From Pseudomonadota bacterium (GTDB taxonomy: Bacteria > Bdellovibrionota_B > Oligoflexia > Oligoflexales > CAIYRB01), in NCBI GenBank assembly GCA_031416315.1, contig JANOTL010000205.1, positions 1 through 18,665 of the forward strand: a stretch of DNA of 18,665 bases, written 5' to 3'. Positions 11,641 through 18,665 of this stretch are shown piece by piece; within the stretch, counting starts at the first letter, position 1; each line of letters opens with the position of its first letter. The notes beneath the pieces are model-generated. The model worked only from the letters and a program-made list of their open reading frames with translations. It searched no databases and was not told the DNA's origin. Both the position numbers and the translations under genes were made by a program.

Positions 11641-14600
11641 TTTGCCCACCTCCGGGGCCACGAGAATTTTTTGCGGCTTTCTCCACGATGCCCACGAGAA
11701 CGCCCGGCTTGACCGGCTTGCTGACGTAGTCAACGCAGCCAGCGGCGATGCAGCGCTCCCGCTCGCCGCGCATCGAGGGGGCCGTTAGAGCGACAATCGG
11801 AACTTCGAAGCCCGCTGCACGCAGCCGCTTCGTGGCTTCGTAGCCGTCAAGAACCGGCATCTGGATGTCCATCAGGACGACGTCGTAGGCGGCTGCCTTC
11901 GCCATCTCGGTGCCCTCAAGGCCGTTGCTCGCAACGTCGACTTTGGCGCCGCTGGCGACGAGAAAATGCTCCATCAGGATCTGATTGTCCGGTCCGTCTT
12001 CGACCAGCAAAATTCGCAGGCCAGCGAGCCGGTCGTTGCCGGTGAACCAGTCGGTCACGGGCTCAGTACGCTTGTCCAGATCGGTCTTCGTCAGGCCCTT
12101 TAGCATCGGCACTCCATCCAGTGCGCCGGGGTCGAGGCTGACGGTGAAGGTGCTGCCTTTGCCCGCCTCGCTTTCGGTGAGCACGACGTCGCCGCCAAGG
12201 AGTTCAGCCAGACGGCGCGCCAGAGTCAGCCCGAGGCCGGTGCCGCCGAAGCGGCGCGTCACGGTGGTGTCGGCCTGGCTAAACGGCTGGAAGAGCCTGC
12301 CCTGCTGCTCCAGTGTCAGCCCACAGCCGGTATCCGTCACGGCCATATATAGCTTCGCCGTTTCTTTCCCGTCGGCGGTGGGCACGTATTTGATGGCGGT
12401 GGTGACGCCTCCCTTCTCGGTAAACTTCAACGCGTTGCCGACGATGTTGAGGAGGATTTGCCACAAGCGCCGCGGGCAGGAAGTGATCGCCTCGGGGATG
12501 TCGCTGGAAGTCGTGACGTCGAGCGTCAGGCCTTTGTCCTCGGCGCGGCTTTGAAGAAGAGCGAAGGTCTCCGCCATCTCGGGCAGTAGGGCAAAGCGAA
12601 CGCGCTCGACGTCGAGCTTGCCGGCCTCAATCTTGGCAATGTCCAGGATCTCGTCGATCAGCTCGGTCAGGTGTTCGACATTTCTGCGAATCCTGGTCAC
12701 GCTGTTGAGCGTCTCGGTCTTGTTGGGCTCCGGGTTCGCCAGGAGTTCTGAGTAGCCGAGGATGGCCCCGAGCGGCGTGCGGATCTCGTGGCTCATGTTG
12801 GCAAGGAAGTCGCTCTTTGCGCGGTTGGCCGTCTCAGCGGCCTCTTTCGCCGCATTGAGGCTCTCTTCGGTACGCCTTTCCTCCGTCAGATCGCTGATTG
12901 CGAGCAGGATCCTCGACGCCTTGTCGCTTTGCTGCAAGAGGCGCCGGGCGCTGATCCGCATGAACCGGCGACCGATGTGCGGGAACTCGTGCTCGACCAC
13001 GAAGTTCTCCATTAGCTCGTCTTTCGGGAGGATCTCCTCCAGCAGTTCCCTGAGCCTCGGCGACTTCCACTGCCCGTTGCCCATGTCGTAGATTCGAACG
13101 TTTTTCGTGTCGATCTCTTTCACCTGGAACTGCCGGTAAAATGCCTCATTTGCCGAGATCACCCGCAACTGGGCATCGAGAACGAGAAGCGGCACGGGCG
13201 CCGTTTGCACGATCGCGTCCGCATAGTCATATGCCTCTTTGAGCTGGGCGAAGCTGCGCTTCAGCGAGTCAATGTCCACCAGGGCGATGACGGCTCCGTC
13301 GATCTTATTGTCACCGGTTCGGTACGGTTTGATTCGGAGCGAATACCACCGACCGTCCCTGTCCTGAACCTCTTGATCCTTGGTGTTCAGCGACTCGATC
13401 ACTTCGGCGGCGAGGGCCGGGAGCCCGTCTACGCGCAGCTTTTCGGCGAGGTCGCCCAATCGGCGCCCCAAGTCCGCGGCGGAAAGATTCAGGACTTTCT
13501 CAGCCGACGGCGTGAGACGCCGGATCGCGAGGGTCTCTGACAGCATCACGATCGGAATCTGGACGCTGCCGAACAGGTTCGCCAGGTCGCTGCTGACGCG
13601 AGCCATCTCCTGATTCCGGGTTTGCAGCTCGTCGTTGACGGTGGTGAGCTCTTCGTTGCTCGCCTGCGTCTCTTCCTTGGCGGTCGCCATTTCCTCGTTC
13701 GTGCTCTGCAACTCTTCGTTGGCCGAGAGGATCTCCTCGCTTGCCGACTTCAACTCCTCGTTGGTCGCCTGTTCCTTTTCGATGATGGCGTTGAGGTAGT
13801 CCTTAGTCTCGGAAAGCTCACGCTCGACGCGGCGAAGGTCGTTCGCGCCTTCACCCGTTAGCTCCTCAGTCGCGCGTTCTGGCACAGCTCTGGCGTTGAA
13901 CAGCACGATGCAGAGGCGTTGAGCGGTGCTCGGATCGGTAAAGGGAAGCACGTGGATGGTTACGGCCACCGACGGCTGGCCGGAGGGCGTGATCCAGCTG
14001 TCCCGCTGCAGTGGCTCGTCGTGCAAGGCCGCCTCATGCAGTCCGCTGCGCAGGTCCACCAGGAGCCCGGGCCGGCACATTTTTAAGAGGTTTAGGGTCG
14101 CCTCGCCCGGCGGAATTGTCAGGTAGGGGCTCGTATCGCCGCGCACTTGTAGGACGTCCATCCGTTCGTTGATCACGACGCCGGGCGGCCCGAATTTCGC
14201 CAATATGATCCGGTCCGCATGGTCTTTGACGTCCAAGCGCTTGGCGGGATCACGACGGGTCCCCGCCTGCGACGGAATCTCGCTGTCGATCCTCCTGCCC
14301 AGCCTGTCGATGACGAAATCCGGCGCAGCCGACCCGATGACGGCTGGCCGTTTGGAATAGATTTTGTTGTTCCGGTCTGTAACTCCAAAGAGGTCCGTAG
14401 CAGCGCCGATCGTCTCGGCGCTGCCAAGGGCGAGGAACCCGCCGGCTCGGAGCGCGAAGTGGAACGCCGTCATGACCCGCTTCTGGATGTCCGGCGCCAA
14501 GTAGATGAGCAGATTCCGGCAGCTGATCAGATCCAACCTGGAAAATGGTGGATCGTGAGCGACGTTTTGCTTGGCGAAGATGCAGCATTCACGGACCCTC

Positions 14601-15799
14601 GTCGTAACGCGGTAGCCGGTTCCTTCCTTGACGAAAAATCGGCTGAGCCGCTCGGGTGACACGTGTTCGGCGATGCCGTCGGCATAAAGTCCGAAGCGCG
14701 CTTTGCCGAGCGCGATTTCGCTGATGTCGGTGGCGAAGAGCTCGATCTTGGTGGTCGAGGCGATCTCGTCCATGAACTCGAGAAAGCAAATCGCGATCGA
14801 ATAAGCCTCTTCCCCGGTGGCGCAGCCCGGCACCCAAATGCGCACGGGCGCCGACTGGGGCCGGTCTTTCAGCAAGGCGGGAAACACATGTTCCCGAAGG
14901 GCGCTGAAGCTCTCGGGGACGCGAAAAAACGATGTCACTTTGACGAGGATGTCCTCGAACAGGAGATCTAGCTCGGCCGGATGTGTTTTGAGCTGTTCGA
15001 CATAGTCGCCGGCGTTGCTGAGGTTGTGCATCGCCATGCGCCGCAGCGTGCGCCGCTCAATAGTCGGAGTTTTGTAGTGCGAAAAATCCAGACCCTTGGC
15101 GGTACGCAGCAAGGCCAAAATCTTTCTGAGATCGTCTGGCTCCTTCTCGAGCAAGACTCGGTTATCCGTGCGCGTGACGCTGCGCGGCAGGCGCAGGGTT
15201 TTGGCGATGTTGGCGAGCTCACTGGCGATGCCGCTCGGGGCTAGGACGAAATCGACCCCGCTGGCGATCGCGGCGGCGGGCATCGCGTCAAACTTCGCCG
15301 AGGTCCTCTCTTGCGCAAAGGTGACGCCGCCCTCGGCGATGATCGCCGCCAACCCCTCGGCTCCATCGGTGCCCGTTCCGGACAGGATGACGCCGATGGC
15401 ATTGGCCATTCGCTCAAGTGCGAGCGAGTAGAAAAAAACATCGATGGGCTTAGGCACGTCGCGGGTCGTCAGATCGCGGGGCGAGAGTCGTAGGCTGCCG
15501 GAGTCCAAGGTCATGACCACGTTCGGCGGTATGACATAGACGTGATTTGGCTCGACGCGCTGATGGTCTTGCGCTTCGAGCACCGGCATCGTCGTTGCTC
15601 GAGCGAGGATCTCGGTTAGGAGGCTCTCGTGGTTCGGGTCTAGGTGTTGGACGAGCACGAAAGCCATGCCTGTCTTCAGATCGAGATGCTTGAGGAGCTC
15701 GACGAAAGCTTCGAGGCCACCGGCGGAAGCGCCGATGCCGACGATGGGAAAATCGGGTGGGCTTTTCGCCTGAACGCCGGACTTGTCGTCGGTGCTCAT
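11621..15799 (-). CDS. CheB-CheR fusion hybrid histidine kinase (CheB, CheR, coiled coil, PAS domains, HisKA, HATPase_c, REC), paralog 2
   Basis: Same motifs and domain order as 2266..6354: GASAGG, VQH, GTGTDG, WVPGCATGEEAYSIA, DLISCRNLLIY, NEELQSTNEE, FLANMSHEIRTPL, LLVEDG, LMDIQMP. Confidence 0.95.
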   Translation of the reverse strand: MSTDDKSGVQAKSPPDFPIVGIGASAGGLEAFVELLKHLDLKTGMAFVLVQHLDPNHESLLTEILARATTMPVLEAQDHQRVEPNHVYVIPPNVVMTLDSGSLRLSPRDLTTRDVPKPIDVFFYSLALERMANAIGVILSGTGTDGAEGLAAIIAEGGVTFAQERTSAKFDAMPAAAIASGVDFVLAPSGIASELANIAKTLRLPRSVTRTDNRVLLEKEPDDLRKILALLRTAKGLDFSHYKTPTIERRTLRRMAMHNLSNAGDYVEQLKTHPAELDLLFEDILVKVTSFFRVPESFSALREHVFPALLKDRPQSAPVRIWVPGCATGEEAYSIAICFLEFMDEIASTTKIELFATDISEIALGKARFGLYADGIAEHVSPERLSRFFVKEGTGYRVTTRVRECCIFAKQNVAHDPPFSRLDLISCRNLLIYLAPDIQKRVMTAFHFALRAGGFLALGSAETIGAATDLFGVTDRNNKIYSKRPAVIGSAAPDFVIDRLGRRIDSEIPSQAGTRRDPAKRLDVKDHADRIILAKFGPPGVVINERMDVLQVRGDTSPYLTIPPGEATLNLLKMCRPGLLVDLRSGLHEAALHDEPLQRDSWITPSGQPSVAVTIHVLPFTDPSTAQRLCIVLFNARAVPERATEELTGEGANDLRRVERELSETKDYLNAIIEKEQATNEELKSASEEILSANEELQSTNEEMATAKEETQASNEELTTVNDELQTRNQEMARVSSDLANLFGSVQIPIVMLSETLAIRRLTPSAEKVLNLSAADLGRRLGDLAEKLRVDGLPALAAEVIESLNTKDQEVQDRDGRWYSLRIKPYRTGDNKIDGAVIALVDIDSLKRSFAQLKEAYDYADAIVQTAPVPLLVLDAQLRVISANEAFYRQFQVKEIDTKNVRIYDMGNGQWKSPRLRELLEEILPKDELMENFVVEHEFPHIGRRFMRISARRLLQQSDKASRILLAISDLTEERRTEESLNAAKEAAETANRAKSDFLANMSHEIRTPLGAILGYSELLANPEPNKTETLNSVTRIRRNVEHLTELIDEILDIAKIEAGKLDVERVRFALLPEMAETFALLQSRAEDKGLTLDVTTSSDIPEAITSCPRRLWQILLNIVGNALKFTEKGGVTTAIKYVPTADGKETAKLYMAVTDTGCGLTLEQQGRLFQPFSQADTTVTRRFGGTGLGLTLARRLAELLGGDVVLTESEAGKGSTFTVSLDPGALDGVPMLKGLTKTDLDKRTEPVTDWFTGNDRLAGLRILLVEDGPDNQILMEHFLVASGAKVDVASNGLEGTEMAKAAAYDVVLMDIQMPVLDGYEATKRLRAAGFEVPIVALTAPSMRGERERCIAAGCVDYVSKPVKPGVLVGIVEKAAKNSRGPGGGQNDRNRR

Positions 15800-16428
15800 G
15801 ACTTATCTTTCGCGACGTTTTCTCGGATGAAACGCGCGCCAATTTTTGCGAGTTCTTTCGCAATTTTGTCGGGTGGCAGCACGAAATCAACACAACCTGC
15901 GGCCTGGGCACTGAGAGGCATGCCGTTTACTTCGGCAGAGTTGTCCTGAGCAAAGGTTGTTCCTCCCTGTGCCTTGATCTGTTTGCATCCCTCGGAACCG
16001 TCACCATCGTAACCAGAGAGGACAACGCCGATCGCTCGGGCTCTCATCGCCTTTGCCAAGGAAATGAAAAAGACGTCTACCTGCTCGTTCCCCCTGGTGC
16101 GCGGGGAGATGACTTTGAAGGTGAAATTCTCAATGTGAAGATCCGAGTTCGGAGGAAGCGCGTAGACGTGATTCGCCTGGATCGGCATCGCCGTGGAGAT
16201 CACGTTGACTGGCATTTTTGTATGCTTCGACAGAATTTCAGCTAACTGACTATGGGCGGTGGGGAGAATATGAGAAACAATGACGAAGGCCATACCTGAA
16301 TTAGCCGGCATTGCGTCCAGGAATTCCTTGTAGGCGATTAGACCTCCGGCTGAGCCGCCAATGCCGACAATGAAGTTAGGAAGTAATGTTCTCGTAACCT
16401 GCGTCATTTCGGGCTTTCCACCGGACAT
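15796..16428 (-). CDS. cheB: Stand-alone CheB-type methylesterase (no receiver domain)
   Basis: Catalytic triad motifs GGSAGG (Ser), VSH (His), LSGYDGDG (Asp), plus GGTTFAQD and GMPLSA. Its stop overlaps the next start (ATGA, 15799-15796). Alternative start ATG 16407. Confidence 0.9.
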   Translation of the reverse strand: MSGGKPEMTQVTRTLLPNFIVGIGGSAGGLIAYKEFLDAMPANSGMAFVIVSHILPTAHSQLAEILSKHTKMPVNVISTAMPIQANHVYALPPNSDLHIENFTFKVISPRTRGNEQVDVFFISLAKAMRARAIGVVLSGYDGDGSEGCKQIKAQGGTTFAQDNSAEVNGMPLSAQAAGCVDFVLPPDKIAKELAKIGARFIRENVAKDKS

Positions 16429-16530
16429 GGATCAGCGTAATCGACTGCGGGTTTCGGATCTGCAAACGCCGCGACGGCAATCAATGCGTCGACGATGATC
16501 GAGTGGCGAGTTCTCGCGAGCGCGAGACTG

Positions 16531-16585
16531 ACCCGACCCGACCCGACCCGACCCGACCCGACCCGACCCGACCCGACCCGACCCG
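16531..16585. repeat. Perfect pentanucleotide tandem repeat (ACCCG)11, i.e. (CGGGT)11 on the coding strand
   Basis: Eleven consecutive ACCCG units counted directly. Confidence 0.97.
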
Positions 16586-16648
16586 CTGGAAAGAAGCATG
16601 ACGAGATGGTCGAGCGCGAGAGGCTCGGGGGTTCTCGCATGGAGTGTT

Positions 16649-18157
16649 TTACTTTGAGGCATTTTTGCCCTTCTTTTTCTGCGCGGGATTTGCGGCAGGG
16701 GCAGCATCAGCCTCCATTGGTACGATCATTATTCCATCATCACTCAAGATCATTTTGTGAACGTCACTCGCGTGGCCTGTGCCACGGGACTTAACGATGT
16801 AGAGTCCACGAGTCCGTTTCTTACCCGCATCTTCCTCTAATTCTCGCACGACGATCCAAGTGTCTATCAGAGACGAGACGCCGATTTCGCCGCTGGTGTC
16901 GTTGTTTGCGGATGAAGCAACGAGACTCGTAAAAAACGAGGTGATGCCATTGGATTTTAGGAGATCGATCATGCGAGTAATCATGGATCGAATTTCACGT
17001 TGGTCTCCCTCGCCAATGAGACTTGTCAGGGGGTCGATGACGACGGATTTTGGTTTAAATCCTTCGACGAGCTTGTGCAAATCGAGCAAATGCATCTCTA
17101 AGCCGAAAAAGGAAGGTCTCGTGGACACGATCTTCAAGAGACCTTTTTTCACCCAAGGCTCCAAATGAAAGCCGATGGAGCTCAGGTTTTGAATGAGTTG
17201 CCCTGCCGACTCTTCATAAGACAAGAAAAGGCACCGCTCGCCTCGTTTACAGCTCGCCAATGCGAAGGCCGCCGCGAGGCTTGTTTTTCCAGTGCCTGCT
17301 GTGCCTGACGCGAGCACCGTGCTGCCTCTGGTGAATCCAGGTGTGCCTCGAAACATTTTGTCGAGCGAAGGAATTCCCGTCGAAACCTTCTTGGCCGTGC
17401 CCGGCTGATCGAGTCCTGCCGATGTGATCGGAATCACCGACAGCCCATTGTTATCAATGACGAAGGGATATTCGTTGGTCCCATGTTTTGATCCGCGATA
17501 TTTGATGACGCGAATTCTTCGAATGGCAATTTGTTCCCTGACTCTGTTGTCTAGGAGGATGATGCAGTCGGAGAGGTACTCCTCCAGGCCATGACGAGTA
17601 AGAGAACTTTGTCCCGTCTCGCCCGTAACGAGTGCCGTAACTTCTTTGTTCTTGAGCCATCGGAAAAGTCTCTTGATCTCGACGCGAAGAATGCCGACAT
17701 CAGTGACGCCGGCAAAGATAGACTCGATGGAATCTAAGACGACGCGTTTGGCGCCAATGAGGTCAATGGCGTGTTCCAAGCGAATGAGTAGCCCTTCAAG
17801 ATTGAAGTCTTGCTCTTGGATGTCCTTGCGCTCCAAAAGAACATACTCAAAATGAATCTTTTTCTGCGAAACTAGCCCTTCTAAATCCAGATTGAGCGAA
17901 GCGACGTCTTTATAAAGCTCGTCTTCGGTCTCTTCAAAGGACATGAAGATGCCTGGCTCCTTAAAATCGGTTGCACCCTTGATTAAAAAATCAAGCCCCA
18001 ACAGGGTTTTTCCAGAGCCGGCCCCTCCGCAAATCAAGGTGGTTCTATTTTTCGGTAGTCCACCTTCTGTAACTTCGTCAAAGCCCTTGATGCCTGTAGG
18101 GCACTTGGGCAATTTTTTATGATTTGAGGCCAGATGTTTCTTAGGAGCTTTAGACAT
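16649..18157 (-). CDS. kaiC: KaiC-family double-domain ATPase (circadian clock protein KaiC homolog), 502 aa
   Basis: Two RecA-like domains: PTGIKGFD, Walker A GGAGSGKT, SFEE, VVLDS, IKYRG; then STGIPSLD, GTAGTGKT, SYEE, VVIDP, VSSLIDTWI (position of the KaiC S/T phosphosites), VKSRG. Start set at ATG 18157 (AAGGGA upstream) rather than GTG 18199. Confidence 0.93.
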   Translation of the reverse strand: MSKAPKKHLASNHKKLPKCPTGIKGFDEVTEGGLPKNRTTLICGGAGSGKTLLGLDFLIKGATDFKEPGIFMSFEETEDELYKDVASLNLDLEGLVSQKKIHFEYVLLERKDIQEQDFNLEGLLIRLEHAIDLIGAKRVVLDSIESIFAGVTDVGILRVEIKRLFRWLKNKEVTALVTGETGQSSLTRHGLEEYLSDCIILLDNRVREQIAIRRIRVIKYRGSKHGTNEYPFVIDNNGLSVIPITSAGLDQPGTAKKVSTGIPSLDKMFRGTPGFTRGSTVLASGTAGTGKTSLAAAFALASCKRGERCLFLSYEESAGQLIQNLSSIGFHLEPWVKKGLLKIVSTRPSFFGLEMHLLDLHKLVEGFKPKSVVIDPLTSLIGEGDQREIRSMITRMIDLLKSNGITSFFTSLVASSANNDTSGEIGVSSLIDTWIVVRELEEDAGKKRTRGLYIVKSRGTGHASDVHKMILSDDGIMIVPMEADAAPAANPAQKKKGKNASK

Positions 18158-18470
18158 ACGGTGTTCCCTTTCCGCCGACTGCATCCGCGTTCGCGCCACG
18201 AAGTAGCGCCCGTCCCCGATCCAAGCGGGGGACCAGCGTTGCGGAAATCAGGCGAAATCTTCGCCTCAACGCCAGGCTTTTCTCCTGAGCTCATACTGAC
18301 TCTTTCGAGACCGTCGAAACCGAACGGAACCCGGCGAGCTTAGGGCTGCTATAGGCCAGAAATCGTCAAAATGACAGGCTTTCCCTTTCTGCGCTCGGGC
18401 AGAAAAGTATCCAGGCCGCGGCGCAGACGCCGGCGCGGTCTTTCCGCCTCCAGGTGATCGCAGGAGCAAA

Positions 18471-18494
18471 GTAAGCGCCCGGCGAGCCACACCT
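18471..18494. repeat. IS66 terminal inverted repeat (right end)
   Basis: GTAAGCGCCCGGCGAGCCACACCT; the partner end is outside the window, so the exact length is unknown. Confidence 0.7.
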
Positions 18495-18513
18495 GGACGG
18501 CAGACGGCCGGAT

Positions 18514-18665
18514 TCAATACGGAAGAAGCGCCGCGACCTGCTCGGCCGTCTCCGCATTCGGCAGCTCGGTCATGACGCGCATCAAGTACGCGTGAGGATC
18601 GAGCCCGTTGGCCTTCGCCGTTTCAACCAGCGAATAGATGTTGGCGCTGGCTCGCGCCCCTGCCG
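18514..18665 (-). CDS. tnpC: IS66 family transposase TnpC, C-terminal fragment
   Basis: Manual translation AGARASANIYSLVETAKANGLDPHAYLMRVMTELPNAETAEQVAALLPY*, typical of the IS66 C-terminal element (SLxETAKxNGLDP...LLP). Confidence 0.9.
   Translation of the reverse strand, partial: AGARASANIYSLVETAKANGLDPHAYLMRVMTELPNAETAEQVAALLPY

Larger units (their letters stand above)
18471..18665 (-). mobile_element. IS66-family insertion sequence, right end (truncated by the window edge)
   Basis: Terminus GTAAGCGCCCGGCGAGCCACACCT starting at 18471 matches the IS66 GTAAGCG end signature and lies just downstream of a TnpC C-terminus. Confidence 0.88.

Noticed and set aside
16531..16585. Repeat as a CRISPR array or a real repeat protein (RVGSG or PDPTR repeats)
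   Set aside because: No spacers and a 5-bp unit; the peptide repeats are just translations of the microsatellite.
16429..16648. kaiB gene or remnant after kaiC; PIN-like look of IVDALIAVAA
   Set aside because: No KaiB motifs (LRLYVAG, PTL) in the minus-strand frames; the PIN resemblance is a few residues with no supporting context.
16649..18157. Complete circadian clock
   Set aside because: No kaiA or kaiB in the window; KaiC homology alone does not show oscillation.

Overview
GC-rich bacterial window dominated by an accessory signal-transduction cluster, almost all on the minus strand. Reading right to left: the end of an IS66-family element, a double-domain KaiC-like ATPase with no kaiA/kaiB in the window, an (ACCCG)11 microsatellite, a stand-alone CheB methylesterase translationally coupled to a CheB-CheR-coiled coil-PAS-HK-REC fusion, a frameshifted HPt gene, a DUF2171-like protein, an APC permease, a PAS-PAS-HK-REC hybrid kinase, and a second paralogous CheB-CheR-PAS-HK-REC fusion. 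The HPt domain of that second fusion lies in the -1 frame behind an A9 / A_AAA_AAG slippery site and meets a plus-strand REC-HPt paralog tail to tail. The left end holds ureidoglycolate lyase (allA) and the 5' part of a RIO1-like kinase. The main leads are (i) one REC-HPt module present three times in three reading-frame states, including a possible recoding event giving a kinase with or without HPt, (ii) a KaiC linked to receptor-less CheB/CheR kinases rather than KaiB, and (iii) a 5-nt repeat with G-quadruplex potential between kaiC and cheB. All protein calls come from motif recognition without database searches, and homopolymer sequencing error cannot be excluded for the frameshifts.
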